DNA from: Ferroglobus placidus DSM 10642
GTDB taxonomy: Archaea; Halobacteriota; Archaeoglobi; Archaeoglobales; Archaeoglobaceae
Assembly: GCF_000025505.1 (NCBI RefSeq)
Contig: NC_013849.1
Location: 870,001-902,000 of the forward strand
DNA: 32,000 bases
Direction: 5' to 3'
Position numbers and translations under genes: made by a program. Of this stretch, positions 23,074-30,826 are shown piece by piece. How positions within the stretch are numbered: the first letter of the stretch is position 1; every line of letters begins with the position of its first letter. The notes below the pieces were generated by a model. That model was not told where the DNA came from. It saw only the letters and a program-made list of their open reading frames with translations, and did not search any database.

Positions 23074-24186
23074 ATGAATATACCCCTCCTAATAATCGCT
23101 TTCGTTTCGAAGTATCTAAAAACCTGGGAAATCGTAGGGGTAACTCTCTCCCTCTTAATCTATTCCACGTACAGAGCAAAATCGCTGAAAGATGAGAAAT
23201 TCGTCTCTCTTCTTCTGTCGATCCCCTTCACCCTATCCACTTATCACGTATCGAAGAGCGTCGTTTTCCCCGGTTTTTTCTTGTCGTCGATTTCCGAAAG
23301 GAAATTCAAGCCCCTGACGAGGATTCTCTACTACACGCTCCTGTCCACTCTCTTTCTGTACTTCTACAAAAGTGAGTTCGCCGCTTCTACGATCTTCGTA
23401 TCGCTGACGGTTTCAACAACCCTCGTTCTGGTTGAAGAGGTAAACAACAGCGTTTTCGCTAAAATAATCGCTCCTCCAACAATATTCCTGATCTTCGAAA
23501 TTTACAGCATTCAAATAGGCTACTTCGAGCTTATCGTAGCATTTTTCGTCGCTTTAACTCTGAGCTACGTGGCTATAAAAACGAAAGTTGCCGACGTTAC
23601 CGGGTTGCTTGCAGCGATAATTACTGGCGTAATTTCAGCGATCTCCAGCATTCTTTTGTTCCTTCAACTCTTTCTTTTCTTCGCAATTGGCTCAGCGGCA
23701 ACCAAATACAAGTACGAGCTGAAAAAGCTCAGAGGCGTGGCTGAAGCGAGAGGAGGAGCGAGAGGATTCGAGAACGTTTTCGCGAACACTTTGCCGGCGA
23801 TATTCTTCGCTTTGAATTACAAGTACACAGGCGATGCGAGCTACGCTATAGCTTTTTCAGCCAGCATAGCAACCGCTTTAGGAGACACTTTGGCGAGCGA
23901 GATAGGGCAGACAGCTAATAAAGCGTACCTGATAACGAATTTTAAAGAGGTGAGGGTGGGTGAAGACGGAGCCATATCACCTCTTGGAGAGCTCGCTGCT
24001 TTTTTAGGTTGTTTGATAATCGCAGCGATATCCCTAAACCCGGTAGTGCTTTTAGCAGGATTCGTTGGAGTTCACGTAGACAGTCTGCTCGGAGCAACTC
24101 TTGAGAGAAAGAAAATTTTGAACAACGCTGGAGTAAACTTCCTCTCAACGCTTTTTGCTGGCTACCTCGCTTTTCTTCTCGCGTAG
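23074..24186 (+). CDS. DUF92/TMEM19-VTE6-family integral membrane protein with about 150-aa N-terminal polytopic extension
   Basis: The C-terminal two-thirds show the DUF92 pattern (GSAATKYKY..K......RGGARGFENVFAN......LGDTLASEIG). Confidence 0.7.
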   Translation: MNIPLLIIAFVSKYLKTWEIVGVTLSLLIYSTYRAKSLKDEKFVSLLLSIPFTLSTYHVSKSVVFPGFFLSSISERKFKPLTRILYYTLLSTLFLYFYKSEFAASTIFVSLTVSTTLVLVEEVNNSVFAKIIAPPTIFLIFEIYSIQIGYFELIVAFFVALTLSYVAIKTKVADVTGLLAAIITGVISAISSILLFLQLFLFFAIGSAATKYKYELKKLRGVAEARGGARGFENVFANTLPAIFFALNYKYTGDASYAIAFSASIATALGDTLASEIGQTANKAYLITNFKEVRVGEDGAISPLGELAAFLGCLIIAAISLNPVVLLAGFVGVHVDSLLGATLERKKILNNAGVNFLSTLFAGYLAFLLA

Positions 24187-25976
24187 ATTACGAGCAATAA
24201 AGCGGCGATTAAAGAAAGCGCACTGAACCCTGGAATTTCCACACTCTTCTTTACGCTTTCGTAAATTCTCTCTCCAACGTTTTCAACGGATGGAGTCGTT
24301 TCGGGCAGCACGTACTCGCTCTTTACGAGCTCAACCTCTCTGCTGCCGGCAAGGTTAAGCATTAATTTGGCAATCCTCTCGGAAAGCTTGTAATAAATCA
24401 GCTTGTAAACACCTTCAGAAGTCTCTCCGTACTCGAAGTAAGCGATCGCCAGTATTGGCGTTACTCTCTCAGCTTCGGAAAGAGAGGCTTTCGCCGAATC
24501 TCTCGCAGCACTGATTTTCTCGTCGAGACTCTTAACGCCTATCAGCTCGATTGCGACAGCCGACTTAACCATGCTGTCTATAGAAGCGAAAATCGAGCCG
24601 AAATAGTAGCCTTGGGAGTAAAGCTTCTTTGAAAGTTCCAAGCTGCTTTCAGCGGAGTTTTCTCCGAAGAGAAGCTGAGAAAAACCTCCTATGGATTTCG
24701 AATAAACGAGCAGTGATTCGGCTGTGCTTAAGTAAAACTGAGCCCTTCTAACGACTTCCTCCTTTTTTAACGGAACGTCCTCTTTTATTTCCGGAAGAAG
24801 AGAAAGCCAGACTTTAGCGCTCTCAACTCTCTCCTTCGCAAAAGCTAAATACAACGCTGCTTCCTCGAAATTTTCTGCTGTTCTCGCTTTTTCCAGATAC
24901 TGTTCAGCTCTCCCCAATCTTTCTTCAGCCGCTCCAACAAGCTGCATAGCAATTAGTCCGTAATCCTGATTCAAGCTACTTCTCACAGCTTCTATCTCTT
25001 CTTCTATCCTCTTGACTTCCCTCTCAAAGTTCTCGTCATTTAGCGTTTTTCTGTAGATTTCCGCTCGCATGAATATGTTCGCTGTAAAGTACTGGCTCGT
25101 AGAAGTGTAGTAATTCCCCTTTTCGTAGTTCTCCTTTGCTTCTTCAAGCCTTTTGTCTATGTTTTCCTTCACATCCTTATCCGCAACTTTCTCGAATTCT
25201 GAGTATATTTTCTCGCTCCTCTCTCTCATGTAGTCCGCGAGTTTCTTAAGCAAGTAGGAGTACTGGCTCAGATCTATCTTTCCCTCGCTCCTCCTTATCT
25301 CGTATCCCGTGAAGTACTTCAAAGCTTCGTTGACTGTCTCAACCTCAATTACCGTTACTCCAAGCTTTCTTCCGTAGTCCACAACGTCAACAGTTTTCGT
25401 TTCGGTCGTGATTAACACAAACGGTCCCCTCTGAATTCTCTTTGTCTCCTCAACCTCGACGTACCTCTGACCTTTAGGAATCAAAAATATCTTGGCTCCG
25501 CTTTTTGCAGCTGCTTCAAGCTTGTAGGGAATTCCGCCAACAGGTCCTATGAATCCGTCCGGATATATCATCCCGGTCATGAACACGTCTTCCCTTATCG
25601 GTAGATCGAGAAGAGCTGCTATTGTTGCTACGGTCATGACTCCACTAGCCGAAGGACCGCCAACAATTGGAGCTTCAGCCTCGATTATGTAGAAGAAGTC
25701 GTACTTCAAAAAGTCCTTACCAGTTAAGTCGCAAGCTGTCAAAGCTGCGAGCTGAGCGCTCCCCTGCATGTCTATTTCGGTGTAAGGCAATGTTGAGACG
25801 AAGACTCTTCCGTTTCCCGGAGTGACTATTACAGTTATGTTTATCGTAGCTCCTCTGTTCTCTCCGCTAACAACAGCCACAGCCTTTATTGTTTTTTGAG
25901 TAGCGTTCACGAACTCGGCTGAAGATATTGGCAAAAGGAGAAGCAGCAAAGCTATCAGCGCGAACGGCTTTTTCAT
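24162..25976 (-). CDS. Secreted Lon-type (S16) serine protease domain protein with helical stalk and PGF-CTERM-like anchor
   Basis: Signal peptide MKKPFALIALLLLLLPISSA. Lon proteolytic domain motifs (GGPSASGVMTVA...TGMIYPDGFIGPVGGIPYKLEAAAKSGAKIFLIP). A helical region of about 330 aa. C-terminal PGF plus a hydrophobic stretch plus RRKAR. Confidence 0.75.
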   Translation of the reverse strand: MKKPFALIALLLLLLPISSAEFVNATQKTIKAVAVVSGENRGATINITVIVTPGNGRVFVSTLPYTEIDMQGSAQLAALTACDLTGKDFLKYDFFYIIEAEAPIVGGPSASGVMTVATIAALLDLPIREDVFMTGMIYPDGFIGPVGGIPYKLEAAAKSGAKIFLIPKGQRYVEVEETKRIQRGPFVLITTETKTVDVVDYGRKLGVTVIEVETVNEALKYFTGYEIRRSEGKIDLSQYSYLLKKLADYMRERSEKIYSEFEKVADKDVKENIDKRLEEAKENYEKGNYYTSTSQYFTANIFMRAEIYRKTLNDENFEREVKRIEEEIEAVRSSLNQDYGLIAMQLVGAAEERLGRAEQYLEKARTAENFEEAALYLAFAKERVESAKVWLSLLPEIKEDVPLKKEEVVRRAQFYLSTAESLLVYSKSIGGFSQLLFGENSAESSLELSKKLYSQGYYFGSIFASIDSMVKSAVAIELIGVKSLDEKISAARDSAKASLSEAERVTPILAIAYFEYGETSEGVYKLIYYKLSERIAKLMLNLAGSREVELVKSEYVLPETTPSVENVGERIYESVKKSVEIPGFSALSLIAALLLVIYARRKAR

Positions 25977-26032
25977 AGTTATAGAACGATTTGAGGGAAA
26001 AAAATTTTACTATTCCCACCTTTTTCTTATCG

Positions 26033-27706
26033 ATGATACTGCTCGTTGACCTGAAAAGAAAGAAAATCGAAGAAATTAAAGAGAAAAGATTTCCCGGAGG
26101 AAAGGGGCTTGGGTTTTACCTTCTGGAAAAATTTCTTAGCTTCGAAGCCGAGCCGCTGGATGAGAGGGTGATAATCTTCTCAGTCGGTCCGCTGACTGGC
26201 TTAAAAATGAGCGGGTTGGCGAGGTGCGAAGCTATTTTCAGATCTCCCCTAACCGGATTTATTGCCGAATCTAACTGCGGAGGATACTTCGGAGCGGAAA
26301 TGGCAAAGGCTGGATACGAAGCTATAGTAATTAAAGGAGAGGCGGAAAAGCCAAGCCTTCTCGTCGTCGACAACGAAAAAGTTGAGATAGCTAATGCTGA
26401 AGACCTCTGGGGTTTGGACACCTTCTCAACGGAGGACGAGATAAAAAGGGAGTTTGGAAGGAAGTTTCAAGTGGCTTGTATAGGCTTAGCCGGAGAAAAC
26501 CTCGTCAGATTCGCAAGCATAGAGCATGCAAAAGGAAGAGAGTTCGGGAGGTGCGGCGGAGGAGCTGTGATGGGGAGAATGAAACTGAAAGCCGTAGCTG
26601 TTAAAGGAGATGGTGAAGTTGAGGAGAGAGTTGCGAACTACGAAAAATACTCCGAGCTTAAAGAGGAGTTTGAAGAGAGAATAAAGAAAACTTGCGAAGG
26701 TTTAACGAGATTTGGAACGCCGAGGATAGTCTATCTTACCAACGAAACCGGAACTCTGCCGAGTTACTACTGGAGGGACGGAGAGTTCGATATCGAAGAA
26801 CTTTCTCCGGAATACTTGGAAGAGAAGTTTTACAAGAGAAGAAAAGCCTGCTACTCTTGCAGAGTTGCCTGCGGAAAGATTTCCAAGATCGACAACGAAT
26901 TTGTAGAGGGTCCCGAATACGAGACTCTTTTTGCTTTCGGAAGTCTTTGCGGGAATAAAAAAGCTGAAGTCGTCTTGAAAGCCAACCTCCTCTGCGACAA
27001 ATTCGGATTGGACACAATTTCAACGGGAAGCGTGATAGCCTACTTAATGAGCTTGAAAAAAGCTGAGTTCGGAGACGAAAAATTCATTCTCGAAACGATA
27101 GAAAGAATGGCGAGGAGAGAGGGAATAGGAAACTTACTTGCTGAAGGAATAAAAAGAGTCAGCGAAAAATTCGGAGTCGAGGGGGCTGAGGTGAAAGGGC
27201 TTGATTTACCCGGCTACGATCCAAGAGGACTTTTAGGAATGGCTTTGGGATATGCTGTTTGCTACAGAGGGGGATGCCACATAAAAAGCGTGATCTACCG
27301 TCCGAATTTAAGCGGATACGTTGATAGATTCAGCTACGAAAATCAAGCCGAGCTTCTGGTGAAGCTCGAAAACTTCTACGCCTTTGCCGACTGCTTGGTT
27401 TTGTGCAGATTCGTTTCTCTCCCGCAAGTCGGTCCGATACTTGAAGAGGAAGTTAAGGAGCTTTACAACGCCGTCACTGGAGAGGAGCTGGAGGTCGAGG
27501 ACATCTACAAAGTCGGAGCTGAAGTTATAAATCTCGCGAGGCAGATCAACGTCAAGCTGGGGTTAAAGAGAGAAGACGACAGCTTGCCGAACTTCTTCTT
27601 CGAAAAACCGCTGCATAAAGGTAATTCGGCTGGAAGAAAAATAGACAGAGAGAAGTTCGAGAAAATGCTTGAAGAGTATTACAGGCTGAGAGGATGGAGC
27701 TCGTAG
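26033..27706 (+). CDS. aor: Aldehyde:ferredoxin oxidoreductase family (tungstopterin) enzyme
   Basis: MILLVDLKRKKIEE...GGKGLG N-terminus and the CYSCRVACGK cluster motif. The start is set at ATG 26033. The track TTG at 25991 adds a non-homologous 14-aa leader. Confidence 0.85.
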   Translation: MILLVDLKRKKIEEIKEKRFPGGKGLGFYLLEKFLSFEAEPLDERVIIFSVGPLTGLKMSGLARCEAIFRSPLTGFIAESNCGGYFGAEMAKAGYEAIVIKGEAEKPSLLVVDNEKVEIANAEDLWGLDTFSTEDEIKREFGRKFQVACIGLAGENLVRFASIEHAKGREFGRCGGGAVMGRMKLKAVAVKGDGEVEERVANYEKYSELKEEFEERIKKTCEGLTRFGTPRIVYLTNETGTLPSYYWRDGEFDIEELSPEYLEEKFYKRRKACYSCRVACGKISKIDNEFVEGPEYETLFAFGSLCGNKKAEVVLKANLLCDKFGLDTISTGSVIAYLMSLKKAEFGDEKFILETIERMARREGIGNLLAEGIKRVSEKFGVEGAEVKGLDLPGYDPRGLLGMALGYAVCYRGGCHIKSVIYRPNLSGYVDRFSYENQAELLVKLENFYAFADCLVLCRFVSLPQVGPILEEEVKELYNAVTGEELEVEDIYKVGAEVINLARQINVKLGLKREDDSLPNFFFEKPLHKGNSAGRKIDREKFEKMLEEYYRLRGWSS

Positions 27707-28260
27707 TTTTCGACATGGACGGAACGATAATAGAGTTCAATCTTCCGATAGAGGAGATAAAGAGGAAAATCGGCGTGCAGAGAAGGATACTTGAAGAGAT
27801 TCTAAAAAGCGAGAGAAGAGAGGAGCTACTGAAAACGCTCGAAAGCTACGAGATCGAGGCTGCAAAAAACTCGAAACTTTACCCCCACTTCAAAGATTTT
27901 TTGAGTTTTCTCGAGGAAAATTACGTCGTAACAGCATTATATACGAGAAACTCAAGAAAAAGCGTTGAAATAGTATTGGAAAAGCACGACCTTTCTTTCG
28001 ATTACGTGTTCACGAGAGAAAAGGACATAAAGCCATCTCCAAAGCCGATTGTAAAGCTGATGGAAAAGAAAGGTTTGAAGAGAGAAGATGCGGTAATGAT
28101 CGGAGATTTCTACTTCGACTACCTCACAGCCAAGAACTGCGGAATTCCCTTCTGGATGGTGCTCAACAGCAGAAACGAGATTTTTTTAAAGGAGTATGAG
28201 ATAAAACCGGATCTGATTTTCAGAAATTACAGAGAACTCCTCTCGAGTTTGAAGTTGTAA
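27694..28260 (+). CDS. HAD-superfamily hydrolase (phosphatase)
   Basis: VVFDMDGTIIEF motif I, then YTRNS, K...P, and GDFYFD motif IV. Overlaps the AOR stop by 13 nt. Confidence 0.8.
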   Translation: MELVVFDMDGTIIEFNLPIEEIKRKIGVQRRILEEILKSERREELLKTLESYEIEAAKNSKLYPHFKDFLSFLEENYVVTALYTRNSRKSVEIVLEKHDLSFDYVFTREKDIKPSPKPIVKLMEKKGLKREDAVMIGDFYFDYLTAKNCGIPFWMVLNSRNEIFLKEYEIKPDLIFRNYRELLSSLKL

Positions 28261-28274
28261 AATTCTTTAGGTAT

Positions 28275-28293
28275 TTTGACAAACTTTGTCAAA
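28275..28293. promoter_or_regulatory. Perfect 9-1-9 palindrome TTTGACAAA-C-TTTGTCAAA upstream of the ketopantoate reductase gene
   Basis: Read directly. A third half-site-like copy (AAACTTTGTAAA, 28311-28322) overlaps the putative TATA-to-start region. Confidence 0.45.
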
Positions 28294-28335
28294 TTTGATC
28301 GAATAATTTTTAAACTTTGTAAATAACAATCAAAT

Positions 28336-29268
28336 ATGAGGATTGCTATAGTAGGAGCAGGAGTGATTGGAACCATCTTCGCCTACATATTCGGAAAAGT
28401 CCACGACGTAACGCTCGTGGAAGTCGTTAAGGAGAAAGTTGACCTCTACAGAAGGGAAGGTTACACCATAATAATGCCCGACGGAAAGGAGGTTCACGTG
28501 GATGACGTGAACATAACGAACGATCCCAAGGAAGTTGGTGTCGTTGACCTCGTGCAGATTTCCGTCAAAGGCTACGCAACCGAAGCTGCAACGAAAGGAG
28601 CTCTTCCGATGATTGGAGACGAAACGATGGTTCTCTCCGTGCAGAACGGATTGGTTCACGACATTATCGCATCAGTAGTCGGAAAGGAGAAGGTTATTGC
28701 TGGAATCACAGCACACAGCGGAATGCCAGTCAAGCCAAACGTGATAAGGTACGTGGGAGGCTACGGACCTCTTCTGATCATAGGGAAGTACGACAAAAAG
28801 CCGAACGAGAGGTTTAACTGGATAGTCGAGGAGTTGAAGAAAACCGGCGAAGAAATCGTTGTCGTGGACGACATCGAGCCGGTAATATGGAAGAAGCTCG
28901 TCGCTAACGTAGCCTGCAATCCGGTTGCTGCGATAACCGGAATGACGAGCGTCGAAGCTCTGGCTTGCGAAGACACTAAGGCTCTGATAAAGATGCTGGC
29001 TGAAGAGGTCGTTGAAGTTGCCAGAGCAAAAGGAATCTATTTCCCGGAGATGGAAAACATAGCCGAATTCGTCTACGAGGCTTTTGCCGGAACGAAAGAC
29101 AACAAGGTTTCGATGCTGCAGGACGTAGAAAATAAGAGAAGAACCGAAATCGACACGTTAAACGGAGCGATAGTTAGGGAAGGAGAAAAGCTTGGCGTCG
29201 ATGTGAAGGCAAACAAAGTAATAACGCATATAGTGAAGTCCCTAGAGTTCATGTACGACAAGAGGTAG
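28336..29268 (+). CDS. panE: 2-dehydropantoate 2-reductase (ketopantoate reductase, ApbA/PanE family)
   Basis: MRIAIVGAGVIGTIFA Rossmann motif, then K.L.AN...NP..A, SMLQD....RRTEID.LNG family motifs. Confidence 0.8.
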   Translation: MRIAIVGAGVIGTIFAYIFGKVHDVTLVEVVKEKVDLYRREGYTIIMPDGKEVHVDDVNITNDPKEVGVVDLVQISVKGYATEAATKGALPMIGDETMVLSVQNGLVHDIIASVVGKEKVIAGITAHSGMPVKPNVIRYVGGYGPLLIIGKYDKKPNERFNWIVEELKKTGEEIVVVDDIEPVIWKKLVANVACNPVAAITGMTSVEALACEDTKALIKMLAEEVVEVARAKGIYFPEMENIAEFVYEAFAGTKDNKVSMLQDVENKRRTEIDTLNGAIVREGEKLGVDVKANKVITHIVKSLEFMYDKR

Positions 29269-29342
29269 CTACCTAATAATTTTTCTCTTACGATTCTTTA
29301 GGTTAACGCACCAACCATAACTCTGGAAAAGTATATATTCGT

Positions 29343-29368
29343 GTTTTCATACGTTAATGCATGAAAAC
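29343..29368 (+). promoter_or_regulatory. 8-bp inverted repeat GTTTTCAT-N10-ATGAAAAC spanning the vapB start codon
   Basis: Read directly. It lies just downstream of an AAAAGTATATATT TATA-like box (29319-29331) and is a candidate autoregulatory operator or 5' hairpin. Confidence 0.3.
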
Positions 29369-29570
29369 GATTTCAATAAGAGATGACGTTTACAAGAGGC
29401 TTGCGGAGATGAAGGAGGAGGGAGAGAGCTTCAGCGATGTGATAGAAAAGCTTCTTAAAAAGAAGAACACAAACATCAAAAAGTATTTCGGAGTTTTGAA
29501 GGACAGCGAAGTTCTCGATGAGATTGAAAAGATTTTAGAGATGAGAAGATCGGCGAGGCTTAGAATATGA
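29361..29570 (+). CDS. vapB: VapB-type antitoxin (archaeal small antitoxin family)
   Basis: MKTISIRDDVYKRLAEMKEEGESFSDVIEKLL. 4-nt overlap with the PIN gene. Confidence 0.75.
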   Translation: MKTISIRDDVYKRLAEMKEEGESFSDVIEKLLKKKNTNIKKYFGVLKDSEVLDEIEKILEMRRSARLRI

Positions 29571-29956
29571 TCGTGCTCGATACAAGTTTCATCATCGATT
29601 ACTTCAGAGGTGTTGAAGCCACTTACGATTTGGTGGATGAAGAAGATGATGTAGTGACGACTACGATCACTTACCACGAGATACTGACTGGCTTAAAGAG
29701 AAAGAGGAGCAAAAAAGAGGAAAAATTCTTTAAGAGGTTCTTTTCCGAAGTCAGAATACTTCCGTTCGATGTTAAAGCTGCCGAGGAATCGAGCAATATA
29801 GCGGCAAAGCTGTTAGCAATGGGTAGAGAAATCAACGTCCTCGATGTTTTGATAGCCGGAATAGCCTTAGCAAACGGTGCCGAAAAAATAATAACGAGGG
29901 ATTCGGACTTCGAAGAGATAGCGAAATTATCGGATATCGAAGTAGTTTTTTATTAA
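29567..29956 (+). CDS. vapC: PIN-domain ribonuclease toxin VapC
   Basis: MIVLDTSFIIDY (first acidic residue), then internal E, D and a terminal TRDSDF motif. Confidence 0.85.
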   Translation: MIVLDTSFIIDYFRGVEATYDLVDEEDDVVTTTITYHEILTGLKRKRSKKEEKFFKRFFSEVRILPFDVKAAEESSNIAAKLLAMGREINVLDVLIAGIALANGAEKIITRDSDFEEIAKLSDIEVVFY

Positions 29957-30013
29957 ATATGGTTGCCCGATTGAAATTCTAAAAAAACAAAATTTAAAAT
30001 AAAAATTTAATTT

Positions 30014-30772
30014 TTATCTTCCTTTCCACTCCGGCTTTCTCTTTTCCAGAAAAGCTTTCAAACCTTCCACGGCATCTTCGCTTTTCACGAGCTGGGACAA
30101 GTAAACGTCGTTGATCACGTCGAACAACGATAGGTACTCTTTCTCCGTGGAGAATAGCAGAGCTTTCTTCGTAAGTCTTAAAGCTACGCTGCTTTTTTCA
30201 AGGAGGGAGTTCACGAAATCGTTTACGCTTTCCTCAAAATTTTCGTCCTCGAAAACTTTGTTTACAAGTCCGATCTCAAAGGCTCTTTCGGCAGTGATCG
30301 CTTCTCCGGTAAGGATTAGCTCGTAAGCATTTTTCCAACCGATCATTCTCGGCAAAAGGGCTATAGCTACCGGAGGGTAGTGAGCGAGAGTTATTTCCGG
30401 GACGCCGAGCTTAGCGTTTTTCGAAGCCAAAACGAAATCGCAAGCTATCGCGAGCTCGAACCCTCCTCCGAGGGCAAATCCCTTCACAGCTGCTACCGTT
30501 ATCGCCTTACACCTCAGAACTTTGTCTATCAGCTGAGTAAACCACCTGATCATCTCTGGAGCTTTGTCGGGGAAATGCTCCTTTATCTCAGCTCCCGCAC
30601 TAAAGCTCTTCCCTTCTCCAGAAAAAACGATCACGTCAACTCCTTCAACTTCATCGATGGCACTGATAATTTCTTTCATAGTCTCCATGTCGAGAACGTT
30701 CACTGGAGGATTCGCTATCTTTATTCTAGCAACCCTCTCATCTTTTTCCACCTTTATTTTTTTGTATTCCAT
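30014..30772 (-). CDS. Enoyl-CoA hydratase/isomerase (crotonase) family protein
   Basis: NPPVNVLD, FSAGAEI and GGGFELA oxyanion-hole motifs. 252 aa. Confidence 0.9.
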   Translation of the reverse strand: MEYKKIKVEKDERVARIKIANPPVNVLDMETMKEIISAIDEVEGVDVIVFSGEGKSFSAGAEIKEHFPDKAPEMIRWFTQLIDKVLRCKAITVAAVKGFALGGGFELAIACDFVLASKNAKLGVPEITLAHYPPVAIALLPRMIGWKNAYELILTGEAITAERAFEIGLVNKVFEDENFEESVNDFVNSLLEKSSVALRLTKKALLFSTEKEYLSLFDVINDVYLSQLVKSEDAVEGLKAFLEKRKPEWKGR

Positions 30773-30826
30773 AACCCAAGTAAGGTTTTACATACTTAAG
30801 TTTTACCAAAAAGAAAGTTTACAATG

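Noticed and set aside
25991-26032. Track-extended N-termini using TTG or upstream starts: AOR at 25991, tautomerase at 3583, wHTH at 18618, hbd at 4696 and torD-like at 12267.
   Set aside because: Family N-termini (Pro1 of 4-OT, M-ILxVDL of AOR, the Rossmann start of Hbd) and SD-like sequences favour the internal ATGs. The extensions overlap upstream genes or promoter elements.
28262-29303. 11-nt direct repeat ATTCTTTAGGT (28262-28272 and 29293-29303) flanking the panE-like gene. The second copy continues as TTAGGTTAAC, resembling half an iron box.
   Set aside because: It is short enough to be chance, the second half of the putative box is not palindromic, and there is no other sign of insertion.
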